DNA from: Monocercomonoides exilis PA203
Lineage: Eukaryota; Protista; Preaxostyla
Direction: 5' to 3'
Assembly: GCA_001643675.2 (NCBI GenBank)
Contig: LSRY02000031.1
Location: forward strand, 1,135,393-1,199,392
Length of the DNA: 64,000 nt
Each line of letters begins with the position of its first letter. Position 1 is the stretch's first letter. The translations under genes were made by a program, and so were the position numbers. This document shows, one piece after another, positions 51,701 through 64,000 of this stretch. Under the pieces are notes generated by a model. It saw only the letters and a program-made list of their open reading frames with translations. It searched no databases and was not told the origin of the DNA.

Positions 51701-54700
51701 CTTCTCTGCCATCATTATTTAACGTTCTATAATCGTACTCTTATTCAGCGAAAGAAAAAGAAAGAAAGATAGATAGAGACTCACATGAAGTTTTCTTCCA
51801 TATTCCATTTACACTTTAACAACATAATTTGCTATGAAAAAATGATTTCATGTGCAGTTGTGTTTTCCGCAATTATTTTAGTCCATTTCTTCGAAAAATA
51901 TTGATAATTTCAAAATATCCTCTTTCTTCGTTCAGAAACAAATTTTATTTTATTTGTCCGTCAAATCCAGAAAAATAACTGATAAACAATTGTGAAGCGC
52001 ATTTGAAGCGAAATGAGGAAATGGAAAGGAAAAGAAAAGAAAAGAAATAAATAAAAATTGAACAAATGGTTGAGAGGTAATTTAAAAAAAAAGAAAGAAA
52101 AAGAAAAAAAGAACGAGATCAAATTGAATATTTTTTGATAAAAATTTTTGATAAAGAGAATGATGAAACGCAAAAATAACAAAGAAAAGAAAGATGATTC
52201 GTTAAATTGATTCTTGTTTTGAATTTTTTAAATAAAAATCTATTTTCAACGAGAAATTACTAATTTTTAATTAATAAAAAAGAGTGAACACAAGACTTGA
52301 TGGCAGCCCTGAACATTATCACAAATAATAAATGGTTGAAGCATTGCCTGTAAAATTCTCTATTTTCGAAAATGGCAGCTATCAAGTATTATTTGGCATC
52401 ATTCATAACTCATTTGTGGATGTTTAAAAAACACTTCAACAAAGTTGTGCAAGCCAAGTCAAGGTAGATTTCAATCATTGGTGACTTTTTTTAATGTATT
52501 TTTCAGCCATCAGTCAATGGACAATTATGAAGGTGAAAAAATAAAAAAACATTGAAACATTAAATTTCTGTTGTTGTTGTTATGAAATGAAAAGTGCTTT
52601 TGCACAAGGTTCTTTTTAGCGTTGTTTATTTTTTTTTTAAAAAATCAACATTATTTGGAAAATGAAAAGAAAAGAAAAAAATCTCGAAGATAAATCAATA
52701 CATATTTTCTTTCTCTCTTTCTCTTAGAATGCGATTCGATCAATTATTATATTTCAATATCTGAAATAAGCTCTTATTCTTTTGTTTTTACTGTTGCTGC
52801 CTTTGCTGTAGTGTGGATGACTAAAAAAAATCGATCTCAGTTCCAAAAGCCAGTTGACTTGACTTTCACATTCCAATTGAACGGTTCTTTTGCTTGATGA
52901 TAGTAATCCCTTGTGCCTGTCTTATATCTTTTGATCTGCATTCATCCTGCCCTTGCCGCTTTTGCTCTCGATAACTCCAGACACTTCTTCATCGATGATC
53001 GCATCACTCATCGTCATTATTGTGGCTCCGGCCGGAAACAGTTGGAAAAACTCTCTCTTCAAATCACCCAGCTGCAATCTTTGTTTTGCCTCTTGCGACA
53101 GGCATGCCCTAACTGCGCCAAACAATTTGGAGCTTCGAATCATTTCTGTGTTTGGCCTTTCTCCATTAGCAATCTTCTGCCCAGCTACCGCTGCCTCATA
53201 TTCCCCAAACGGAACATTCAGAGTCAAGCACTCCCAGAGCATCATCCCTATTGAAAACGCAACTGTTTTCTTTGTGGCATGCTTCTTGATTCCATTCAGC
53301 AGCTCTGGTGCCTTCCACCGCAAACATTCATATCGATTGTCTTCATCATCCTCAAACGCAGATGAAGGTGGTGGCGAGTCTCTTCCTCTCCTGCTCATCA
53401 ATGAAATGTCAGAGGAAGAGGTGACAATGGTTGATGAAGAGATTGATGAAGAATCAGAGTCATCGGATGAAGAAGAGCAATCTGAGTGCATTGCAACTGT
53501 GATCACCATGTGCTCTGAGAACAACACAATGTGTGGACTCAGATTTGTCAATGATTGAAGTGGATTTTCCATCTCATCAAATGAATGGAGTGCCCCATTC
53601 GCAACCCAGAACAGAATCTGAGCACCTGTCATCTCCCTCTCCTTTGGTGTGCCAATCGCCATCTCTTTTGTCTTATTCAGCCCGTGCAACAACATAAACA
53701 GCGAATCCCTCAAATCCACAATCAGTTTCTCGTATGGACATGAGCATGCCATTGCATCCACCAGATTCGACATCGATGAGGTGGTTGGGCACAGATCCTC
53801 CCCATGAATAAAAGAAGAATCTGTGTCTGAAGTGTCTGTGGACGAAATGGATGAAATGGAAGGTGATGGTGTTATTTTCCTTGTTTCCTCTTCTTCCTTC
53901 TCGTCAACTTTTTCCAGTGCCCATTCGGGAATCTTATCTGAATCTCTTCCCAGAATGTATTCAGTTGATCCACTCTCACTCAACAAATGCTCCGATGACT
54001 CTGAATGCTCCATTGTCTTTTCATACACCCTCTTCTTTATTCTTTCTTCATTCTTCTTTTCTGCCTCCCTCTCTGCTCTCCTCCATTGCTCCTCGGGTGA
54101 CATCTCCATTGTCACCATTTCAAATGCCTTCGGATCCTTTCTGATGTTGTCGTTTACAATTTCTCTCAGATCTTCTGCTTCATTCTTCACCTTCTTCCAT
54201 CGAACAATGAATATTATTGATACTATTAACAGTATTACCACAATTACAATGCAAACAATCAAAACCCATGAAAATTTTCCTTCCTTTCCTCCCTCTACAC
54301 TTTTATCATTTCCACTTGCCTCAGACTTGCTTCTATTCTTCACTATGAAGCGTTCTGTGGAGCTTGCTGATGAATGATTTCCAAATGCAATCGCCACAAA
54401 CACTTCTTCTTCTTCTGTTGCAGCTTCAATCTTTGCCAATGATATGAATGTGCAAACCTCGGACTCAGACACAAATTCGTTTTCTTCAAGCTCATATGTC
54501 TCCACAGATTCTGCACTTCCGGCACTCGAAATAAGCCGAAAAGACAAGTTGCACGGAAGAAGAAGCAGCCCTTTGAATCTCAGGCTCAGATCACTCCCCG
54601 ACCTTTCTGTCTCCACAGAATTCAATATGGGAATAAACAATGCTGATAGTCTTTCAGAAGCAATTCCGCCAAGCTCACATCCCTCATTCAAAACCATAGC

Positions 54701-57700
54701 GAGCCATTATCTTTTATCCCATCCCCTCCTTTCAAGCTCGCAACATTCAGCTCCTCCTCCAGAACACAATGCGTTTCTTCGAAGCGAGGGATACTTCTCC
54801 GCAAGCCCAGTGTTGTTCGCAAACTCTCCTTTCTCTATTGTTGTTTTCCTCCAGATACGGACAGTCCGCCTTTCCATGAATTCCATATCGTGGTGTACTT
54901 CATTGCTGTTTCACATCCTGCCACATCAATCAGCGACCCGTTCCATCTGCACAGCTCCATAGCGTTTTCGAAGCCGTTCCATCTGTTATGGTCATCCTCT
55001 TCTTTGCTCATTCCATCAAATAGGCATGAGTCCAAACTCACATCTGAGCAAGAAGCCACTTTCATCATGCTCCCCTTCTCCAATACCGATCTGCAATCTG
55101 AGAATGTGCAATTGAACATGCTTATGCACACCTCACTTGATGCACTCTGTATCAGTGCCTCAGAGGCGTTGCTCAAACTGCTCACATTCATTGCTGACGA
55201 AAGACTCACAGCCAGCACCCCATTCGTCTTTTCATCCATGTTCAAATCATTTCCTGCCCCTTTCACATCAAACAAGCCCTCTTTTCCCAATCCTATATCC
55301 CTGATGGATACATGGTCGCACACCACTCTTGCCATCGTGCTTGCCCAAATGATGCCTCTCTGAAAGTTCAGATTGTTTACAACAACACTCTCCCATACAA
55401 CCTCCCCACAAACAGCCTCAGCAAGCGGCCACAGCACATCAGCCGGCCCACCTCCTTCTGTCATGCTGCTGAATGAGCAATTCGACACTCGCGTTATCCC
55501 ATTTTCGCTCCTTATGAAGCTGCTGTGATCTGTTGTTGTGCTTTCTCCAAACACAAAATGAAGCAGTGCAAACGTCACTGATTCTGAACACTCAATAACA
55601 CTCCTTCTGCTGCTCCTTCCAAATAATTCCACTCTCACAACCGCTTCTTCAAACGATCGAGATGTCACACTCACATTGAACAGATCAATCTCGCTGTCCA
55701 CTTTCCCTTCCTCAATCACCACAAGCTGGCTCTTGTACTCAAACGCAAGATGCTCCATCCCATATCCCAGTGTTGCACACGGTAGTGTCAGAATCCCACA
55801 CTTCTTTGTGTCTTCGCCTCTCTCTCCTTCTTTGCTCGATACAAATATTATGTCTGATTGATACACCACAATGAAGCCCATCAAGTCCACTGCCTCTGCA
55901 AAATACTCTGTCTCATCCATCCCATATACTGCATTCAGCCGGCTGTAATGCGACTCCCGCAGATCAAACCGGAACTGCGTCTCGTTGATCTGGGATGCAA
56001 TGCTGAAGCACAGGATGAAAATGTCTCGCCCAATGTGCGCTGAGTTCGAAACGAACACCGAATCTTGGAACAGAAAGTCCAGTCCTGTTTGCACCGATGA
56101 ATGCAAATGCACACCCCCTCCTTTTCCCCTTTCTGTCGAGCAGCTGCACTGCTCAATCCCACACTTCCTCACCTCGTACCATCCTCCAACATTCAGCCCC
56201 ACTTCCATCACCCCTCCTCGCTCAGACTCACTTGCCTTGCACCCCACAAACACACTCTCATTCATCTCTATCCCAATCCCTCTTGACCCTTCTGTAGTCG
56301 AGCGCATCACTCCAGCCCCGTTCTTTTTCCCTGCAATTTCTCTGAACTCTGACCCGTTCACCATAATACTCAATGCATCTTTGCTTCTTCCATTTCCTCT
56401 CTCTGCTGCCACCCACACAACATCCACCACACATCCGCTGCTAATGTTCACTGAACCGACATCGAGCCTATTGATTCGTACCCCAATCATCCCATCCTCA
56501 CCCATCTCGCCTTCACCGCTCCCAGTGCAGATCACAAATACGCTGCGAATCACATTCGTCTGCTTCACACTCACTCTATCCACATCAATTCCTCCGCTTT
56601 TCATTACAACAAACGAATAATCTCCTGCTTCAGAAAATATGGCCTTCGACTTCAAGTCACATTCTTGCATGCGCAGTATCTTTCCTTCACTGACAATGAT
56701 CGCCTTTTCCTCATTCTCAAACTGTTCACCCACAGTCACGTCTATCTGTGCCAGTTCTAACGTTCCTCTGTTGAACAGCGAAGTGTTTCCACACTGCTCG
56801 TTTTTCTCCTCAAAAATAAGCATCGAGTGCATCTGCTCTCCAGTTTCCTGCCCTTCTGAACAGATCCTGAAGTTGGTCACATCAAATCCATCTGCAATAA
56901 TAGTTTCTCCTTTGACAACAATTTTCTTTTCCGGCACCAGCGCCTCCACATGCTCCATCCCTTTCCAGAACGTTTTGCACGGATCTTCCTCGAATCCGCA
57001 CCGCTCCACATCCCATCCTCCAGAAGACACATGAATCTCCCAGCTTGTGTATTTCACCAGATAGCGCATCAGATCCGTCTCTTTTGATTCTGCTTCTCTT
57101 CCTGCAAACAGATTCCTGTCTTCCAAAGCTAACTCATACTCAAACCCAAACGATGCTCTGTTCACACTTTTATTCAGGTCTTTGCCTGCAATGAACATGT
57201 TCTTCCCTCTTGCTGCTTCGTTCCCTTCCAGTTTCAGCACTCTGCAAAACTCAAATGGCTTTTCAGCTTCACTCTCCAAACTGTCCACATACACCCCTCC
57301 TCCTCTCCCTGCGCTCCTCGAGCACTCACTTCTCGCTATCGTGTTGTTTTCCATCTTCAACACCCCATCCTTTCCAAGCACTGCATATATCGCCCCACCT
57401 TTCATGCTCTTTCGCGTTCTCAAACCATCAAATACACACCCTTCTATTTCCGCTCCGCTCCAAAGCGCAAACGGAACACTCTCAAACTCCTGGCACAACA
57501 CTTCGCATTCTTCCATCATCACTACTCCACTCGAACACTTCACCAACGTCACCTTCACATTTCCTCTTGTCATATTCTCAAATCGGCTTCGATTCAAAGT
57601 CAGCTTGCTGCCACTGGAATACACCAAACATCCCGCTCCCGCTTCCAATGACTCCTCATATTTGAACACAATCCACTTCATCTCCAGCACTGTGGACGAT

Positions 57701-60700
57701 CCAAACACACATTCGTTCACCCCTTCTCCATTTTTCAATTGAATCCGAACACAAGACTCCTCCTGGTCCTGCATCGAACTCACTTCAAATGATGAAAGAT
57801 CGTAGCTTTCTTCTGCATACACTTCTCCATCCATCAACAGCCTCTTTTTCGCTGCCAATCCATCAATGTTTCTGTATCCTCTCCATAGTGTTTTGCACTG
57901 ATACTTGTCTGTTCCACACCCTGCAAAGTCGTATCCTTTCTCTCCAACTCTGATCTCTCCCAACCTGCGCTCAACAAGAAACTCATACAGATCAATCGCC
58001 TCTTCCACAAAAAACTCACTGTCTATTCCTGCAATCTTTGCCCGGACAGAACCCTCCTCAGCCCCAGATACATCAACAAAGCGATCTGCTATGATCGATT
58101 CATTCAAGGATTTGCTCACAACAAACACATCTTCTCCTTTGGCTCCTGTGTTCCCCTCAAATGTCACTCTTTTGAACGCAAAATTATTGCTTGCACTCTC
58201 TTGCAAATCCAAAAACACTCCTCCCCTCTTCCATTATCTTTCGTCAGCATGCACTTGCAAAACCTGCAATCCTCTATCATCACCTCGCTTTCTCCAACAA
58301 GCTCACACCACATCCCACCTCCATCCATGTTCTCATCGGACCTGCACTCTTCAATCAAACTTCCCTGCCACACCTTTATCTGCGACACACCACTCATTCT
58401 TGCCACACTTCCACCGAACACTCTGCATCCCTTCACATTTGTCTCCCGAATACTCACATCGCTCTCTCCCCTCCCGCAGATCAACCCTCCCACGCTCCCG
58501 CACAGCCCACTCATGTTAGACTTCTCCACAATTAGTTTTCCATCTTTCATCTCTGCCACTCCGCATCCTGCTCCCAATTCCATTTGCTCAAAATTCACCG
58601 ATACAAAACTTATCTCCCTCCACTTCCTTTCCCAATCCATCCATTCCCCACTCCACTTAAAGTTGATCCCAATTCTCCGCAGATTGAACAATTCTGCACA
58701 GAAACTGCCCCTTTCCTCCAACTCCAAACACAGCTTCTTTCGCCCAAGAAACACAGACAACCACCTGCAGTCTTTGGACACTCAGCTCCATCTTTCTGCT
58801 CCCCTCAACAACAAAGCCCCCATTTTCTTCCATCCGAAGAACAGTTGCAACTTCGGCTTTGTTCTTCCCTTGCAGAGTCAACGATTCATCCTTCTGTCTC
58901 ATCTCGCTCTTCCCAGCTGCCGATTCCACAATCCGTATCGTTGTTCGCGTGCTTCCCAGCTTCTCAAACCCAAACGACACATCTTTGCACGGCGTTGCCT
59001 GTATTCCGCACTCCTCAAAATTGGTCCCGCCTTTATCCACAAACAGTATGTCTGCACCAGCCGGAAACAGAAACGCAAACATCGTCACATTGATTACTGG
59101 CTCGTTGCTCCTGTCATACACCCACAGCCGCTGCTTCTCTTCCTCCTCTTCGTCCTCATCAGCCGTGTCCACCCATCGCATCTGCTTCAACATCTTGCTT
59201 GCACCCACACACTCAAAATACACATCTCTTCCCACACTCGCCTTGTTCTCCTCAAATCTGTCGTATCTCATCCAGTACACCCCTTCCTCCGAATCAAACT
59301 TCACATACACCCCTCCTCCAACGCCGCTTTCTTCATTCACCATGCTCTTTCCAACGCTATTCCCCTCAAACTCCAGTGCTCCTCCTCCCCTCACTCTCAC
59401 ACTCACACTCCCTCCTTTTCCCATATCTCTCAAGCACTTCACATCAAAAACTCGCATTCTCTCACCTCTATCTTCTTTCCATCTCCTGCAACCCCACTCA
59501 CTCCTCCTCCATCCCTGTTTTCCCTCCTCAGCTCGCTCATGTTGCACTTTACAATTATCCCTGATGCTCCTTCGCTGACATGCACACCACTGTTGTCCCC
59601 AAATGAAGACCAATTCACTGAACTGTTCATCACTTCCACATGTCCACCCTCTTCCGCAACTATCACCCCTTCCTTTCCTCTCGTCTTAACATCTTCAAAG
59701 ACACTCCACTCAATAACTCCTGTGCTCCCGTTTCCTTCACCTCAATTGCTCCCACCGATCCTAATTCCACATCGCAAAGTCGAAGTCTCATGACATTCAC
59801 TTTTCCTCCATTCGCACATTCAACCATTCCCAAGCCTTCTCCTGACTGAGCGTTAATCGAGCAATCTGTCAGGGCCAACTCCCCTCCACTGCACTCAAAC
59901 AGGCACTTTCGTGGCACATCAGACAGCTCTCCAACAGAAAACTGAAGGCCAGTAAATACTGCTGCATTCTCAATCAGAATCACTCCATCTCCTGAATCCC
60001 CTTTGCTTCCTTCAACTGCAATCACTGACCCGTTCACTTCCCCATCAACTTCCATCTCCTGCTCAGTAACCACTATCCGATTTCTTATCACAAACGACCT
60101 GTCCAGCCTCATCATTGCTTTCTTCCCACCAAAACGCTGCTCTGCCCCGTATTCTATTGTTTCGCACATATAATCCTTGAATCCACATTCGTATGTGTCT
60201 TCTCCATCTTCGCCCACATAGCATCGCTCCGGCGCCTCTCGAAACAGCATTACCAGCGGAATCACTATCCCTTCCAAGCCATCCTCGCATCCTTCTAACT
60301 CCTTCAGGTCTGTTCCCCCAACCTCCTTCATGAACTCAAACCCAAATGATTCCACATTCACAAGCCCCCGAAGACCTTCTCCTTTCACAAACACATTCTT
60401 CCCTCCCCTGCTCGCTTTGTTTTCTTCCTCTCCAACTCCAAACACTACACTCTTCAAGGCGAAGCCACTTCCTCCTTCCACACACTCAATCATCAATCCT
60501 CCTCCGCACCCTTCGTTCGCTCCACTCCCTTCTGCCCCACACTCCGCAATCCTCATTTCCTCTTCACTCAACCCCTCCATTTTGCTGCACTCAAACTCTC
60601 CACTCCCCTTCAAAACAATCCTCATCCCCCCGCCACATCCCGCTTTGCTTCCACAGTTCCTCACCCTCACCCCACTCACTTCAATCCTCATTCCATTTTC

Positions 60701-63700
60701 TATTTCTCCTTCTATCATCCCTCCATTCCCTTCTGCCTTCCACATCCCACATATAGAACTGTTCTTCACTGAAACCTCCTTTCCTTTCTTGTCACTTATT
60801 GCCGATCCAAAACTATCCGCCACACCTTCCATAGTTGTGTTCTCCACTCTCATCACCCCTCCATCCCTCACTTCTAATAATTCCTTGCTTTCTGCGCTCT
60901 GCACATCAATGACCTCGCATCCCTTCATTGATCCAATTCCCATCCCCATCACCCTCACCATCCATCCTCCTGAAAACATCACATCATCAACCCTAAAACC
61001 CACTAGCCCAAGTTCTCCTCCTGAAACAACAAAAACTGAAAACTCAATGTTCGTCGACAGCCGAACACTCACACTGCACTCCATAACCCTCATCAACCCT
61101 TCAATGCACTTTGCCAGCGCCACTCGGCCATTCAGTTGCTGTGGCATACTAAACTCCATCCTGCTCATGTTGGTCTTTTCTGCACTCTGCTCAATCATCC
61201 CTTCTTGAGCCTTTTCCGAGTTCTCATTCACCACAAATACCGCTTTCTGCTCTTTCCTTCAATGCTGAACCTCCCCTTTCGAAAACCAACCTCGCATGAC
61301 AGACTCGTCGACCTGTCGACCACACATGTCAAACCTCTGTCTTGCTGCCACCTGTCCAATGCGAAATCCATTGTCTGGCACGGATAGCCCGAATACCCAC
61401 ACCGATCAAAATCCTTCGCATTCCCTCCTCCAACTGCAACCACATCTGGTTCTCCCCGCAGATACAGCACCAACGGCACATAAAACGACTCATCGCCCCC
61501 TTCAACCCCAGCAAGCCCTTTCTTCATCCCCAAGGTCAGGCCCAAACCCGATTGTTGTGCTGTTGATCACTTTTGACAGCAGAGGCGCCTTCACAAACAT
61601 CCCGCTCCCTTCGCTTGCGCTGCATCCTGTGAACTCTGCTTTCTTCACCACAAAATCATCTGCTGTACCAGCAAGCACAACATGCATCCTCCTCCAAACC
61701 CTCCGGCTCCTGCCGCAGCAACAGCCCGACATCCCGCAAATGCCACATTCTCACTCATCCCAATCTCAACCACTCCTCCTTTCTCCAGCCTCAGCTCCAT
61801 CCCTCCACCATTCCCTTTCATGCACTCCCCATTCACACTGCTGTTTTCCACACACAGCCTCTGTCCGCTCCCGATTGTTCCTTTCACCACCCCGCCGTTT
61901 CCTGCTTCCAACCCAACACCACTCACACTCACCCCGCTTATCATCACCAGCCGAGCTCGGTTTCCAATAATCACAGACTCGCTGTTGCCTCCATTTTCCA
62001 TCCCCAATACTGTCGTGTTGCTCAGAGTCAGCTCTGCTGACGCATCCACATTCATCACTCCGTTTGTGTTCCTGCATTTCACATTCTCAATCCTCACAGT
62101 ACTCATGATCAGCTTTGACCCAGATCCTGAGCATCCAATCATCGCCCGATCACTAAACTCCAGTTTCTCGAAAGTAATGCCCGATGCTGTGCATTGCCCT
62201 GCTTCGACAACCAATATCGAAAACCCAATCTCCCCAACGCTGCTTTCCGGGCCAATCCACGAATCTTGAATCACACAGCTGGCTCTCGCATTGCTCACAA
62301 TAATCACACTTCGCTGTGTCGATGGCAGAGCCCCTCCAACCGTCATGCTCAACTTCTTCAGTCTGGCGCTCGTCTTCACTTCAATAATCCCGTTCACTCC
62401 CATGCTGCTCCCCACCATCCTCATCTTGCTCATGTCTTCTGTCCCGCTCCACACATATCCCTTCTCATCATCCAGCACAAGGCTCTCGTTCAGCTGATAG
62501 CTTCCCCACACCAGCACCTGGTGGCAATCTGACTGCTGTCCAAGTGCATATCCCACGCTCAGACACCGATACTCCGAAAACCCGCAGGGCCTCACATCTG
62601 TCCCATCTTCTCCCACTGACACATTCCCTTCTCTGCTTCTCAGATAGAACACCAGCGGCACCCACACTCCACGCAATCCGTCATTCATCCCTCTGCACTC
62701 TCAATACTGAACTCCCTCTCAGAGTAATATCCAAAGCTTGTCCTTGTCACAACCTTCTCCAGATGCGGAGCAAACACACACACATCCTCCCCGTGTGCTG
62801 CACTGTTTCCGGAAAATTGAATAGCCCCAATCTTGAACCCTGCTTCCTCTCCCAACACTCTCACACATATCCCTCCTCCACATCCTCTCCTCCCCTCCTC
62901 TGCCTCATTCCTGTTTCCACCTCCGCTCGTTTTTTTCATTTGTTGTCTCACTTCTGCTTCCACTTCCACTTCCTTCTTCTGCTCTGCATCTCTCAAATCC
63001 TGCCTCCATCCCTGCTCCCCCAATTCCACAATCACACCCATTCTCCACCACCACCTCAATTCCCCCACGTTCCCTTTTCTGACACACACAGTCTTTCACG
63101 CTGATGTTCTGAATCCACACTTTCTCTGTTGCTCCCCCATTCTTCCCAACAACTGCCCCGTTTCCTTCTCTGCGCGTGATATTAGAGAAGTTGCTTCCAT
63201 CCATCTCCACCATCCCCCATTCCCCCACTCAATCACCCCACAATTCTCCAGCTCGATGTTCTTCACTGTGCATTGCGCCATCTTCATCTTTCCAGCTTTC
63301 ACTCCAAAATACGAATGCTGCCCAACCGCACTTGTCGCTGCAGACATGATCTCGCACCTCAGAAAGCTCACTTCTGATCCTTTGCCGCTCATCTCCAGCA
63401 ACGCCTGCTGGCATTCATTCGAAATGGTGTGCTTCAGGATCATCCCAGCCATCTGCATCGATCCACTCTCCACTTCAAACATCGCATGCCCAACTGCATT
63501 CGTCACAACTGTCACTGTCTCCTCCTCCTCATTTTCGTCTTTGTTCGGCTCTATCATAACATTCATCTGCGCAATCACCATCTCGCTCTCCTCGTATGTT
63601 CCCTCGCACCCTGATCAGCTCATGATGCCAATCCACCCATCTTGATACACCGTATTTCAGTGTCTTGCATTCATGCGACACAGCCCCACACAGGTAATAA

Positions 63701-64000
63701 TCGCCTGTGGATTCTGTTGTGCTTTGCTTCACATCCACAAGAATAATCCTGTTCATTTCGGAAGAACTCACTGGCAACCATTCATCATGGAATGTTGGAT
63801 TTTCGCAAGCGAATGAATAAAAATTGCACAAACATATTCTTTTTTGTTTTATTGGATATTGAATATCGAATCAGTTATCCATTCTGAAGTTACCATTGAA
63901 GAAAATCCATCTCCAAAATAAACATCAAAGCCATATTTGTTATTACCGAAAACTTCATTACATATAAATAAGCAATGCTTAAATGAAACATTTTTCTTTT
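37690..64000. repeat. Giant inverted duplication: left arm about 37690-50644, spacer about 50645-51068, right arm 51069 to window end
   Basis: Mirror ORFs, e.g. 50233-50427(-)/51286-51480(+) sum to 101713. The sum drifts to about 101690 at the edge through small indels. The window end matches about 37690. Confidence 0.97.
52922..64000 (-). pseudogene. Inverted second copy of the giant receptor-pseudokinase, split by many 1-2 nt indels; 5' end lies outside the window
   Basis: ORF fragments 52922-54697, 54835-58218, 58657-59613, 59663-61234, 61645-62688 and others match the + copy in peptide. Breaks checked mostly fall in homopolymers and may be sequencing error rather than true pseudogenisation. 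Confidence 0.6.

Noticed and set aside
49462-52182. Short mirrored ORFs around the palindrome centre
   Set aside because: AT-rich, low-complexity, non-ATG starts; duplicated only because of the inverted repeat.

Overview
This is eukaryotic, AT-rich, intron-dense DNA (short GT-AG introns, standard genetic code, flagellar RSP3 gene, poly-Ser microsatellite expansions). It most resembles an oxymonad such as Monocercomonoides; that assignment is inferred from gene style and families, not from a search. Bases 1-35 kb hold housekeeping genes, eight of them in four tight head-to-head pairs: RSP3/CDC48, ER DnaJ/M6PR-ATG27-like, SWS1(ZSWIM7)/a prokaryote-type HhH DNA glycosylase, and a UBL protein/PDK1-like kinase. 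The remainder are an SLC35F6-like transporter, a Tousled-like kinase and a lineage-specific helical protein. Three of these genes (M6PR-like, SWS1, HhH glycosylase) are barely visible in the ORF track and were rebuilt by manual splicing. Two palindromes dominate the structure. The first is a non-coding 1.5 kb foldback (13540-15063, about 735 bp arms, 54 nt loop) nested in older inverted repeats. The second is a giant inverted duplication (arms of at least 12.9 kb, about 37690-50644 and 51069-64000) that copies a roughly 4160 aa surface receptor-pseudokinase gene tail-to-tail. Most notably, the spacer at the centre of the giant palindrome is a diverged, collinear copy of part of the small palindrome's arm. 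This suggests a repeat family that nucleates fold-back duplications. An assembly artefact for the giant right arm, which has many homopolymer indels, must be excluded first.
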